The notes: generated by a model from the letters alone, not told the origin. Shown: positions 1 through 9,388, numbered from the stretch's first letter. The stretch is 30,363 bases of DNA from Thermoplasmatota archaeon (GCA_035527635.1 DATLAF010000187.1:1-30363), one strand, 5' to 3'. Numbers and translations are program-made.

Positions 1-44
1 CGTTCAAACTTTGGTTAGAAAACACAAAAAACGACTATTTTTTT

Positions 45-695
45 TCATATGGGCTGATAATGAATCAAGACGCCGGATCCTACTTTTTTCACCTCAACAA
101 TTTTCAAAGGGATTTCCTCTCCAACTGTTATGCCTTCACCATCAGCAACCGTCGGTGTTTCCTTTCCTCCGATAACACAAGGGCCGATAAAAATATAGAG
201 GTCATCAACGACTTTCTGTTTCAGGAAATTCCAAATAATAGTACCACCACCTTCTACCAGGAGTTTCCGAACACCGAGTTGATAAAGAAGTTCTAAAGCA
301 CAATGCACATCGATTAATCCTGCCTTATTAGTACTACACTCAATGACCTGGATATGGGGCCCATCATATGTCTTCTTTTTTCCTTTCCCTGTGATGATTA
401 CTGTTTTTGACACCGTGTTTAACGCAAGAGCATTTGCAGGTGTTCTTCCTGTACTATCCAGGATTACCCGTAACGGCTGTTTCGGCTGTTGTATGTGTGT
501 TTCTTTGACGGTGAGTTTCGGGTCATCCGTCAGAATCGTACCAACCCCAACAAGCACTGCATCGGACTCATTGCGGAGTCGATACATCCGCTCTATATCT
601 TCATTACAAGAAATCCGCATTTGTTTTCGTGTCGGTGATGCTATTTTCCCGTCCGCTGACATCGCACAATTAATGATAACATGAGGTCGTTTCAT
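45..695 (-). CDS. arfC: 2,5-diamino-6-(ribosylamino)-4(3H)-pyrimidinone 5'-phosphate reductase (archaeal RibD C-terminal/RIB7-like, DHFR fold)
   Basis: Motifs AMSADGKIA, DAVLVGVGTILTDDPKL, LLVEGGGTI, IGGKETPT; no deaminase domain. Confidence 0.88.
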   Translation of the reverse strand: MKRPHVIINCAMSADGKIASPTRKQMRISCNEDIERMYRLRNESDAVLVGVGTILTDDPKLTVKETHIQQPKQPLRVILDSTGRTPANALALNTVSKTVIITGKGKKKTYDGPHIQVIECSTNKAGLIDVHCALELLYQLGVRKLLVEGGGTIIWNFLKQKVVDDLYIFIGPCVIGGKETPTVADGEGITVGEEIPLKIVEVKKVGSGVLIHYQPI

Positions 696-701
696 AGCAT
701 T

Positions 702-1364
702 TCACTGTGGATATAAAGGACAATTTTTTTTCTTCTCAGGGCAGATTCGTTTCGTTTTACACGATGGTCCTGTATTTTTAAAAATCGAAGGAGCAACCTT
801 TTTTACTTCTTGAAGCATTTTATTTGCAAGCAGTCGGATTTCCCATTGTGCATGCAGACAACAACGAAGCTCAAAAAAATTCAGAAGCGAACGTGCATTC
901 ATCGTCACCATGATATTCGTACATGTCGCATTTGGGAGTACGTATCGAGCATCCTCTGCTGGTATTTTCATTTCCAGTAATTTATTGTAATGATCCCAGA
1001 TGACCATCATCGTCTCCTCGTAGGCTTTCTTCATCTTCTTGTTCTTACTGATTGATGGTGGTATCACATAGTTCGGCTCATTTAGATTCACATACCGCTG
1101 ACTTTGCTGAGAGTAACTTGCCATTCGATGCCGTACAAGTTGATGAGTTAATGACCTGCTCACATCACTGATCGTAAACGTAAACGAGGCATGCTCGATG
1201 ACACTGGTATGCCCTAGTTTTAAGACCTGCTCTAGAACTGCGGACTGTTCCTTCTCTGATATTGTATCAAGATTCTCAGGTTTTATTTTACTATGGGTGA
1301 GCGTGGCAGCCATTGCAGGTAGTTTTTCTGGATTTGACGTATATCCTATGAGCCTCACATTCAT
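702..1364 (-). CDS. thyX: Flavin-dependent thymidylate synthase
   Basis: ThyX signature HQLVRHRMASYSQQSQRY, plus EDARYVLPNA, MNARSL and AQWEIR. Confidence 0.96.
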   Translation of the reverse strand: MNVRLIGYTSNPEKLPAMAATLTHSKIKPENLDTISEKEQSAVLEQVLKLGHTSVIEHASFTFTISDVSRSLTHQLVRHRMASYSQQSQRYVNLNEPNYVIPPSISKNKKMKKAYEETMMVIWDHYNKLLEMKIPAEDARYVLPNATCTNIMVTMNARSLLNFFELRCCLHAQWEIRLLANKMLQEVKKVAPSIFKNTGPSCKTKRICPEKKKNCPLYPQ

Positions 1365-1514
1365 GGATGTTCCCCATACCCCTTATGTCGTGAACAGTTT
1401 AAGTGTTTTGATGCATTGGTTATTTTTTAGTCACGAAAGGAAATTAAAGATATAAACTATCTTTTTTATGAATATTTTCATCTGTCTTTCACAGTTCTTT
1501 TTTCTTTGCATAAA

Positions 1515-1530
1515 CCGAAAGTTTTTAACA
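1515..1530 (+). promoter_or_regulatory. Putative BRE/TATA promoter of the mbh-like operon
   Basis: CCGAAA-G-TTTTTAACA lies about 50 nt upstream of the first mbh gene, in a divergent intergenic region. Confidence 0.5.
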
Positions 1531-1580
1531 ACCATCCCAATTACCGTATAAGCTAAATATAAGCGATGTGGGGTTTTCCT

Positions 1581-2105
1581 ATGAAGGCATTTATCGTCAC
1601 AACGATTGTCTCATTCATTATCTACCTACTCTTAACCACAGGTAGCGGAACAGATTTCCTAGGGTTATGGAGTTTTATCGAACTCATCTTTGGGATTTTA
1701 CTCGCCCTCATTGTCGGATTTATCGCACGAACTCTTTTTGTCAAAGACAGCTACCGGATGCTTAATCCTGTTCGCTGGTTCTTGTTTCTTGGCTATCTCA
1801 TCGGACCATTTTTCCTAGCACTTGCCAAGGCAAACCTTGATGTCGCCTACAGGGTCATTACAGGGAAAATCAATCCAGGTATCGTGAGAATCTCTCCTGG
1901 GCTCAAAACAGATCTTGGTATTACCATGCTTGCAAACTCAATCACGCTGACCCCTGGAACCCTCAGCGTCGATATCGATGAAGACACCAATGACTTATAC
2001 ATCCACTGGATAAACGTCGATAACAAAGCATTAGAGCACAGCCCCGTCGAATGTAAATACATCTGTGGAAATTTCCCGAAATGGGTTCGGAGGATTGCAG
2101 AATGA
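1581..2105 (+). CDS. mbhA: Mrp/MBH membrane subunit MbhA (MnhE family)
   Basis: ANLDVAYRV, PGIVRI, LANSITLTPGTLSVD, LYIHWI. Start chosen at ATG 1581; ATG 1566 is an alternative. Confidence 0.9.
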   Translation: MKAFIVTTIVSFIIYLLLTTGSGTDFLGLWSFIELIFGILLALIVGFIARTLFVKDSYRMLNPVRWFLFLGYLIGPFFLALAKANLDVAYRVITGKINPGIVRISPGLKTDLGITMLANSITLTPGTLSVDIDEDTNDLYIHWINVDNKALEHSPVECKYICGNFPKWVRRIAE

Positions 2106-2371
2106 TCGATCTCTATACAACATATTTAATCGTTGTCAGTGCGCTTGCCCTCTGTGTTATTCTTGCCCTCATCCGGGTGTTACGAGGACCGACCGCACCT
2201 GACCGTGTTGTTGGTGTTGACACGATTAACACCATTGTGATCGTCGGTATGGTTGCTTTTGGTGCTGCTTTCAGAGAAGTCATCTATATTGATGTTGCCA
2301 TCGTGTACGCCCTGTTATCATTCGTTTCAACCCTTTTTATCGCCAAATATCTCGAAGGAGGGGACTTTTAG
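2102..2371 (+). CDS. mbhB: MbhB (MnhF family)
   Basis: GPTAPDRVVGVD, YIDVAIVYALLSFVSTL; ATGA overlap with the upstream gene. Confidence 0.9.
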   Translation: MIDLYTTYLIVVSALALCVILALIRVLRGPTAPDRVVGVDTINTIVIVGMVAFGAAFREVIYIDVAIVYALLSFVSTLFIAKYLEGGDF

Positions 2372-2776
2372 ATGATCTTCGATTTTATCATCTATGCACT
2401 CATCGGCATTGGCATCTTCTTCAACGTACTTGCTGGTGTCGGACTTCTACGGTTCCCTGACGTGTATACGAGACTTCATGCGGGAACGAAATGTACGACC
2501 TTCGGGTCCATTTTCCTCATCGGTTCTGTGATACTCATTGGTCTGAAAATGTGGTGGGAGAAGGATACCAATGGGTCTGTCTTAGCTATTCATTCCGCAC
2601 TTGCATTGATCGCTATTCTTCTGACAAATCCGGTTGGAGCCCATGCGATAGCACGTGCTGCACACCGCAGTGGTGTTCAACCAGCACGTGCGGTCATAGA
2701 TGAACTCGCTCAAAAACCAACGGAAAAAACACAGGCAATAGATAAAAAAATCAACCAACAAAAAGGAGGCGACTGA
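2372..2776 (+). CDS. mbhC: MbhC (MnhG family)
   Basis: GLLRFPDVYTRLHAGTK, TNPVGAHAIARAAH. Confidence 0.9.
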   Translation: MIFDFIIYALIGIGIFFNVLAGVGLLRFPDVYTRLHAGTKCTTFGSIFLIGSVILIGLKMWWEKDTNGSVLAIHSALALIAILLTNPVGAHAIARAAHRSGVQPARAVIDELAQKPTEKTQAIDKKINQQKGGD

Positions 2777-2777
2777 G

Positions 2778-3032
2778 GTGGCGTTAGAATTTCTCATCGC
2801 AAACACCCTTGTCTTGATCCTGACTGTCGTTGCATCGCTCATCGCGATTCTCCTACGGGATCTGTTAGCTGCTGCGGTTGCATTGGCAGCGATGAGCCTG
2901 CTGCTTTCTTTGGAATTTTATATCCTCCAAGCCCCTGATGTCGCTATCGCACAAGCAGGAGTAGGAGCATGTCTGTCGACTGCTATTATTATTATTGCTA
3001 TCAAAGGGACAAAACGAATGGAGGATGAATAG
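2778..3032 (+). CDS. mbhD: MbhD (DUF4040, MrpA C-terminal-like)
   Basis: RDLLAAAV, LQAPDVAIAQAGVGA; GTG start after a GGAGG RBS. Confidence 0.87.
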   Translation: MALEFLIANTLVLILTVVASLIAILLRDLLAAAVALAAMSLLLSLEFYILQAPDVAIAQAGVGACLSTAIIIIAIKGTKRMEDE

Positions 3033-3033
3033 C

Positions 3034-3306
3034 ATGGAAAAACGAACGATTGCCGCGGTTCTCGCCTTTAGCATTGTTGCTGTTTTTTTCTTCTTTAGCA
3101 TCTTCTTGATTCATCCCTTTGGTGATCTGGGTCAAGTTCAGATGGATAATCATATCATTGCAAACACCCAAAACGAAACAGGAACAAATAATGGTGTAAC
3201 CGCTGTTGTTTTTGATTACCGAGGATTTGATACCCTGGGTGAAGCAACGATCTTATTTTCCGCTGTTGCTGGAGTAATAATGATCTTTCGGAGGGTGAAA
3301 GAATGA
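3034..3306 (+). CDS. mbhE: MbhE (MnhB-related small subunit)
   Basis: NGVTAVVFDYRGFDTLGEATILF; ATG 3034 lies 9 nt after GGAGG. Confidence 0.87.
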   Translation: MEKRTIAAVLAFSIVAVFFFFSIFLIHPFGDLGQVQMDNHIIANTQNETGTNNGVTAVVFDYRGFDTLGEATILFSAVAGVIMIFRRVKE

Positions 3307-3779
3307 CGGAAATGACAAAGATCGTAAAAACCATAGCAAACATCCTCTTTCCGTTCACCGTCCTCTTTGGGTTATATATCATTGCTCATGGGCATCTCAC
3401 CCCCGGTGGTGGATTTCAGGGTGGTGCGGTTGTTGCGTCAGGATGTGCGCTTCTGCTTGTCGCCTATAGCTCACGATGGGTGTTTAAACGAATCAAAGAA
3501 AAACGACTCGCGACGTTCGAAAGCATCGGTGCGATTGGGTTTATCACCGTTGCTCTTCTAGGACTTGTATTTAGCATGGTGTTTTTCGGTAATTTCCTTG
3601 CAGGCTCTAACCTTCTCTTTGGTACAACGCCAGCGACCGGTTCAACCCTTGCGGATTTTAACACGGGTGGGGTACTACCGTTGATGAATTTTGCTGTGGG
3701 TGTAAAAGTCATTGCCGGGTTGTTTGTTATCGTTCTTGTCATGGCATATGCCAGTAGTGTTAAGGAGTGGGGCCAATGA
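3303..3779 (+). CDS. mbhF: MbhF (MnhB family)
   Basis: AHGHLTPGGGFQGG. Confidence 0.9.
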   Translation: MTEMTKIVKTIANILFPFTVLFGLYIIAHGHLTPGGGFQGGAVVASGCALLLVAYSSRWVFKRIKEKRLATFESIGAIGFITVALLGLVFSMVFFGNFLAGSNLLFGTTPATGSTLADFNTGGVLPLMNFAVGVKVIAGLFVIVLVMAYASSVKEWGQ

Positions 3780-4135
3780 TCGAGTTCATCCCTTTTATTG
3801 CGGTTGTCGTCATGGTTTTCATTGGCTTGTACGCAGTTATGTTCCGTAGGAATCTCATTAAAATCGTCATAGGAATTACCATCATTGAAAGCGGGATAAA
3901 TCTGTTTTTGATCACCTTAGGATATCGTGAGGGTGGCGTCGCACCTATCTATACGGGCTTGCCGCCGGGAACAGCCTATCCTGAGCAAATGGTTCTTCCA
4001 GTGCCTCAGGCGTTGACACTTACAAGCATTGTGATTGGTGTCGCGGTTTTAGCACTGATGCTGTCATTGGTTATGCATATTTATAGGAAATACGGCACGT
4101 TAGATGTTCGAAAAATCAGGAGGTTAAAGGAATGA
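3776..4135 (+). CDS. mbhG: MbhG (MnhC/NuoK family)
   Basis: RRNLIKIVIG, PVPQALTLTSIVIG, YGTLD; ATGA overlap with the upstream gene. Confidence 0.9.
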   Translation: MIEFIPFIAVVVMVFIGLYAVMFRRNLIKIVIGITIIESGINLFLITLGYREGGVAPIYTGLPPGTAYPEQMVLPVPQALTLTSIVIGVAVLALMLSLVMHIYRKYGTLDVRKIRRLKE

Positions 4136-5697
4136 CATTAGAAGAGACCCTCCTTCAGCATTCTCCTGCCTTGATTATTGCAATCCCGTTGCTTAGTGCC
4201 TTTCTCATGCCCCTGGTCAGTCGCATCCATGCAAAACTCCGGAATGTTTTTGCTTTGGTTATGCTTGGTCTGACCGGATGTTTCATTTGGCTGCTTGCCA
4301 CCGATGTTCTTGCTTCAGGTCCACGGGTTTATATTTTTGGTGCAAAGAATCTGACCCTCCCACTGGTCCGTATCCTCTTTGAAGTTGACAGCATAGGCAT
4401 ATTCATGGCGATTATCACCATCATGCTTGCTATCATCGCAGTGATATACTCCTGGTCATTCATGAATGAACAGGATGGGTTAGACAAGTACTATACGCTT
4501 CTCTTGCTTGTGGTGACCAGTGCTCTTGGCATGGAATTTACAGGGGATATCTTCAATTTCTTCGTGTTCCTCGAAATCTCCTGTATCGCGTCTTGTGCTC
4601 TCATTGCATTCTGGGTTGAAGAAGGAGAGGCATTGGAAGCTGCGTTTAAATATATTGTTGTCAGCGCGATTGGTGCTCTCTTTGTTCTTTTTGCTATTGG
4701 GCTGCTCTACGCCCAATATGATGCATTGAATATCGCAACCCTTGCACAAGCCTTGCAGTATACATTTTTAGATAAAATAGTCCTTATCTTGTTGCTTGTT
4801 GTTCTGGGGATGAAAGCAGGACTTGCGCCTATGCATATGTGGTTACCTGATGCGTACGGACGAGCGCCTCCCTCGGTCACCCTGATTATCATAAGTGCGA
4901 CCCTTGCCAGTTTCTACGGTGTTCTTCGCGTTATTTTCACTCTTTACGGAAACGTACTTACAACATCCATGCGGTTTGACTTTCCCTTGCATGTTATCAT
5001 CGGATGGGTCCTTATCGTACTTGCCATCGTCTCGATTCTCATCGGTGTTATCATGGCACTGATACAATCTGATCTCATGCGATTGATCGGGTACACTGCG
5101 GTTGCTGAAGTAGGATATATGTTTCTTGCCATTGGGACAACCGTTGCTGCGCTCGGAGCACCCTATGCAACTGTTGCATTGCAGGGTGGTATTTTACATC
5201 TGCTCAATGACGCAATAGATATCGGGTTACTGTTCCTTGTTGCAGGCGCTATCTATTATGTCACAAAAAAACGATCGCTGGATGATATAAGCGGTCTTGC
5301 TCGGACGATGAAATACACCACTGTCTTTTTTATCGTTGCTTTGCTCGCGGTCGCAGGTATGCCACCGCTCAATGGTTTTACCTCGAAATTCCTCATCTAC
5401 GAATCGGTGTACCAACTCAATCCGATCCTTTCCATCGTAGCCATTTTATGTAGTATATTAATGCTGGCAATTTTCATTAAAGTGCTTTATGCAGCGTTTC
5501 TCGGACCAGAACTACCTGCCTTAAAAGACGTTAAGGAAGCCCCTAAAAGCATGTTGCTTGCGATGGGACTTTTGGCTAGCCTTGCGATACTCATCGGGTT
5601 ATTCCCTAACCTGTTCATTGATACATTAGTCAAACCAGCGGCAGACGCCTTGTTGAATCATGCGCAATATATCACGATGGTTATTGGAGGGGTCTAA
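4132..5697 (+). CDS. mbhH: MbhH (MnhD/NuoN antiporter-like subunit)
   Basis: TGDIFNFFVFLEI, EAAFKY, MKAGLAPMHMWLPDAY, GMPPLNGFTSK. Confidence 0.9.
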   Translation: MTLEETLLQHSPALIIAIPLLSAFLMPLVSRIHAKLRNVFALVMLGLTGCFIWLLATDVLASGPRVYIFGAKNLTLPLVRILFEVDSIGIFMAIITIMLAIIAVIYSWSFMNEQDGLDKYYTLLLLVVTSALGMEFTGDIFNFFVFLEISCIASCALIAFWVEEGEALEAAFKYIVVSAIGALFVLFAIGLLYAQYDALNIATLAQALQYTFLDKIVLILLLVVLGMKAGLAPMHMWLPDAYGRAPPSVTLIIISATLASFYGVLRVIFTLYGNVLTTSMRFDFPLHVIIGWVLIVLAIVSILIGVIMALIQSDLMRLIGYTAVAEVGYMFLAIGTTVAALGAPYATVALQGGILHLLNDAIDIGLLFLVAGAIYYVTKKRSLDDISGLARTMKYTTVFFIVALLAVAGMPPLNGFTSKFLIYESVYQLNPILSIVAILCSILMLAIFIKVLYAAFLGPELPALKDVKEAPKSMLLAMGLLASLAILIGLFPNLFIDTLVKPAADALLNHAQYITMVIGGV

Positions 5698-5699
5698 TC

Positions 5700-6035
5700 A
5701 TGTTCACCCTTGAAAGCGGCAGTGGTTTTTGGAACCCACTGATCTGGGTCCTTATCGTCTTTATCGCCTTCCTTTTCTTCTACGGGATTCGAGGATTTGG
5801 CAAGAGCATCTACAAAAAAGGCACTGAACAAACAAAAGCGTTCCTCTCTGGAAACAAAGAATCAGCTCCTGAGGATATGCATGTCAAAGCAAGTAACTTA
5901 TACTGGGGGTTTACCACCAGCATGAAAACCTTGTATGCTGGGTTACGAAAGATGCATACAGGAAACGCGAGCGATTATGTCCTCTGGTTTGTCATTGTTC
6001 TGGCGGTTCTTTTCCTCATTTTTGGGGTGATGTAA
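5700..6035 (+). CDS. mbhI: MbhI-like subunit (lateral-helix equivalent)
   Basis: GFWNPL...TKAFLSG...YWGF...HTGNASDYV resembles my recollection of Thermococcales MbhI; the position after MbhH agrees. Confidence 0.78.
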   Translation: MFTLESGSGFWNPLIWVLIVFIAFLFFYGIRGFGKSIYKKGTEQTKAFLSGNKESAPEDMHVKASNLYWGFTTSMKTLYAGLRKMHTGNASDYVLWFVIVLAVLFLIFGVM

Positions 6036-6036
6036 A

Positions 6037-7068
6037 ATGGATTTCCAAGCTCTTTCGGAACTTTCCGTACGAATCATTTTTGGTACACTTGGTATCGCCG
6101 CATTCGGGATATTCTTCGGTCTTTTATATAAAGGGATAGATCGAAAGATTTCTGCGCACATGCAAGGCCGTATCGGTCCACCATTCAGGCAACCCTTCAG
6201 AGATGTCGCGAAATTATTTGTAAAAGAAAACATTGTCCCAGATAGTGCGATCCCCTGGATATTCAATCTCATCCCTCTCATCGGACTCATCGTTACCACC
6301 TCTATCCTGTTATATCTGCCTCTTGGTGGGTTCCCCCCGTTGTTTTCAACAAGCGGAGACCTCATTGTGGTTCTCTATCTCTTGATCATTCCCTCACTTT
6401 CCTTAGTCATTGGAGGTTTTTCCTCAGGCTCACCCTACGCAATCGTTGGTGCTCAACGAGAAATGGCGACCATGATCGCCTATGAGTTCCCCTTAGCTAT
6501 CCTTATCATCACGATCGCATGGAATCTCCTTCAAAAAGGAGTAACCCCGGTCTTTTCGTTTTCCACGATTGCCTCTATGCCTGTCTGGAACCAGGTTTCT
6601 GGACCGCTTGGGTTCATCGGTTTTGCTATTCTCCTGGTTGTCCTACTCCTAGTGACGCCAGCGGAGCTATCCAAGATACCCTTTGACTCCCCGGAAGCAG
6701 AAACAGAACTGGCTGGGGGGCTGCTCGTCGAGTATTCAGGCAGAAACCTTGCGATGTACTATCTCATTGATGGGGTGAAAACCGTCGTTATGGCGTCTAT
6801 CGTTGTCGCGTTATTCTTCCCGTACAACCTCTCCTCTTTCTTTAGCCTTGGCAGCTATGAAGCAATCGTCATTGATGTCGCGTTCTATCTGTTCAAAATA
6901 TTCCTCGTTATTCTCTTCTCCGTGACCTTGATTCGTGTTGCAATCGCCAGACTGAAAATCGATCAAATCGTGTACACCTACTGGATACCGCTTACGCTTG
7001 CAAGTCTGCTTGGGTTGATTCTGGTGATGTGGGATAGCGTCATCATGAACTTCTTCACCCCTGCATAA
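6037..7068 (+). CDS. mbhM: MbhM (NuoH/ND1 family)
   Basis: RKISAHMQGRIGPP-QPFRD-KLFVKE, KIPFDSPEAETELAGG-VEYSG. Confidence 0.92.
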   Translation: MDFQALSELSVRIIFGTLGIAAFGIFFGLLYKGIDRKISAHMQGRIGPPFRQPFRDVAKLFVKENIVPDSAIPWIFNLIPLIGLIVTTSILLYLPLGGFPPLFSTSGDLIVVLYLLIIPSLSLVIGGFSSGSPYAIVGAQREMATMIAYEFPLAILIITIAWNLLQKGVTPVFSFSTIASMPVWNQVSGPLGFIGFAILLVVLLLVTPAELSKIPFDSPEAETELAGGLLVEYSGRNLAMYYLIDGVKTVVMASIVVALFFPYNLSSFFSLGSYEAIVIDVAFYLFKIFLVILFSVTLIRVAIARLKIDQIVYTYWIPLTLASLLGLILVMWDSVIMNFFTPA

Positions 7069-7108
7069 CTCTCTTAAATACAGCGTTGAATACGGGAAAT
7101 GGTCCTGC

Positions 7109-8050
7109 ATGGGTGTATCATCTGGAAAAAATAACAACATCGTCGTTCTTTCTTTTTTTGTAATACCGGCTGTTATGTTGATTGTTGGCTATCTTTTATT
7201 CCCGTACCCACCGTCAACACTTGCAAGGCAGATTTCGTTTGTGCCAATGTTTCTCGGTTTATTGTTCCTCGGCGTCGGATTTTTTTATCGGAAAAAAAAC
7301 ACAGCAAGTATGTTAAAAATTATTGGGTGGAGCCTGTTTTCATCCTTCTGGGCTACCATGCCGGGTTTCCTGTATTTTTCAGAGGGTGGTGATGTCTTTA
7401 ACGCAGCTGTCTGCGTCATCGGTGTGTATGTGCTCATCTATATGGCGTACCATGAATGGCTTTCGATAAAAACAAACGAGCATGTCTCGTGTTTGAATTG
7501 GATTGCTGGCGGAACGTTTCTTGCAGGTATGATCTATTTTACGATTGAGAACGGCATTATCCCTGGATTGCAAGATTGGTTAATTGAATTTGTTGCAGCA
7601 CAAACCACGGATGTTTTGCATCTCTTAGGAATCAATGCTAGTAGAACCCAGTCCCTTATCGTCTACAACAACACACCCGTAACGATTATCTTTGCGTGTA
7701 CTGCGATCCAATCCATCGTCCTGTTTGTTGGCATGATTGGTGCATTACCGCGTGTAACTCTGAAACGAAAAGCACTGGGGTTGGCGATAACAGTTGTCCC
7801 TATTTATTTTTTGAATCTCCTTCGAAACGCTAGTGTGGTATTTATGGTGGGGAGCGGTATGTTCTCCTTTGAGATTGCCCATAATGTAATTGGTAAAGCA
7901 GGATCGTTGATCGCCCTGATCGTTTTGTTGTTTATCACCTTTAAAATCTTACCCGAGCTCTATGACGAGATCATCGGTATCATCGATTTACCGAAACGAA
8001 AAGGACCCGTAGAGCTTTTCTTTGGGGGTCTTCTGAGGAAAAAAACATGA
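7109..8050 (+). CDS. artA: Archaeosortase A
   Basis: Multi-TM protein with catalytic-type motifs FACTAIQS (Cys), NLLRN (Arg) and AHNVIGKAGSL. Confidence 0.88.
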   Translation: MGVSSGKNNNIVVLSFFVIPAVMLIVGYLLFPYPPSTLARQISFVPMFLGLLFLGVGFFYRKKNTASMLKIIGWSLFSSFWATMPGFLYFSEGGDVFNAAVCVIGVYVLIYMAYHEWLSIKTNEHVSCLNWIAGGTFLAGMIYFTIENGIIPGLQDWLIEFVAAQTTDVLHLLGINASRTQSLIVYNNTPVTIIFACTAIQSIVLFVGMIGALPRVTLKRKALGLAITVVPIYFLNLLRNASVVFMVGSGMFSFEIAHNVIGKAGSLIALIVLLFITFKILPELYDEIIGIIDLPKRKGPVELFFGGLLRKKT

Positions 8051-8697
8051 TACGTATCGCTAAGGGTGGAAGGCCTTGGGTTCTTCCGTCGTTTGCCCTA
8101 ACCTTCCTCTTCGCTGGGGCTTGCTATTTCACCACTCGTCTGTTGTTTATTTTTTTCTGCGCTCTTTCAATATTCTTCTTTTTAGTTTCCTGTCTTCTGA
8201 TTGTTTTTTTCCGAGACCCAGAGCGAGTGAACGGCTCTGGGATTGTGGCTGTGGCCGATGGGAAGATACGAGCGGTTATGAATCTCCAGGATCCTGATGT
8301 TGGAGAATGTCTTATGGTTTCTACGTTTATGAACATCCATAATGTGCATGTGAACCGCATGCCGTTTGATGGAACGATTGAGAAGCTCTCCCATTATGAT
8401 GGTGGTCATCTGCCAGCGTTCAAAAAAGAATCTGATTCCAATGAACGGGTCGTTCTTCTCATCCATACTGACCTTGGGGTAATGAAAATTGTTCAGATCG
8501 CGGGAACCGTTGCACGTCGCATCGTCCCATATGTTACCGAAGGAGCCTTCCTAAAGAAAGGGGGAAAGATCGGACTGATCCGACTTGGGTCCCGTGTTGA
8601 TCTGTATTTACCGGTAACTACAATAAAAACACTCATGATTCAGGTTCATGATACCATAAAAGCAGGAGAAGATACCATTGCAGAAACCCATGATTAA
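8047..8697 (+). CDS. psd: Phosphatidylserine/archaetidylserine decarboxylase proenzyme
   Basis: FFRDPER, ADGKI, HVNRMP, NER, QIAG-VARRI and the self-cleavage motif LGSRVD. Confidence 0.95.
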   Translation: MIRIAKGGRPWVLPSFALTFLFAGACYFTTRLLFIFFCALSIFFFLVSCLLIVFFRDPERVNGSGIVAVADGKIRAVMNLQDPDVGECLMVSTFMNIHNVHVNRMPFDGTIEKLSHYDGGHLPAFKKESDSNERVVLLIHTDLGVMKIVQIAGTVARRIVPYVTEGAFLKKGGKIGLIRLGSRVDLYLPVTTIKTLMIQVHDTIKAGEDTIAETHD

Positions 8698-9388
8698 ACT
8701 CCTGTCTGTAGCAGACATAGTCACCCTGATGAACGCGGTAATGGGGTTCCTAGCCTTGCTGATGGTTTTTTCTAACCAGATTCAACTTGCTGCCTCATTG
8801 ATTCTTCTGGCTCTTATCATGGATGGTCTTGATGGGATCGTGGCCCGACGCATGGGAAACGGACAAATAGGGGAACATCTTGAAGCTATCGCAGATATGA
8901 TCTCTTTGTCGGTGGCACCTCTTGCTCTTTTCTATACAACCTATTACCACGCGGTGGTTTTACAACCCTTTATGCATCTTCTCCTTGGTTTCATAGTGGT
9001 GTTTTCTTTGATCTGCAGCGTCATTCGTCTCTCATCATTTTCTCTTTTAAAGCAGAACCATGTCTTTCTTGGCCTGCCAACTTCGGTAAGTGCGTTATTC
9101 CTTGTGTTAAACTCGTTTTTAAACCTAGAGATATGGGTTGTTCTCCCTGTTGTTCTTCTTCTTTCTCTTGCAATGATTTCTTCAATACATTTCCCAAAAC
9201 TGGGTTTGAAAATAGATCTGATTACCGCTTTATTTATCATTGCCACTATCTTGCTTAACAGCAGTTATTATAACATCGCACCGCTCCTCCTTCTCGCAGC
9301 GCTTACCTGTTATGTTATTTTGGGGCCGATCCTTCTTCGTTTTAAAAAAAAGAATCCTGTTACTGGAACGGGAGATACTCGTAGCTGA
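8690..9388 (+). CDS. pssA: CDP-alcohol phosphatidyltransferase, archaetidylserine synthase type
   Basis: DGLDGIVARR...G..L-AIAD-IS CDP-alcohol motif, IRLSSF, FLGLPT. ATG 8690 overlaps the psd stop region. Confidence 0.88.
   Translation: MIKLLSVADIVTLMNAVMGFLALLMVFSNQIQLAASLILLALIMDGLDGIVARRMGNGQIGEHLEAIADMISLSVAPLALFYTTYYHAVVLQPFMHLLLGFIVVFSLICSVIRLSSFSLLKQNHVFLGLPTSVSALFLVLNSFLNLEIWVVLPVVLLLSLAMISSIHFPKLGLKIDLITALFIIATILLNSSYYNIAPLLLLAALTCYVILGPILLRFKKKNPVTGTGDTRS

Noticed and set aside
1-48. ATGA-coupled gene downstream of arfC
   Set aside because: The frame closes after 14 codons; more likely a T-rich terminator region.
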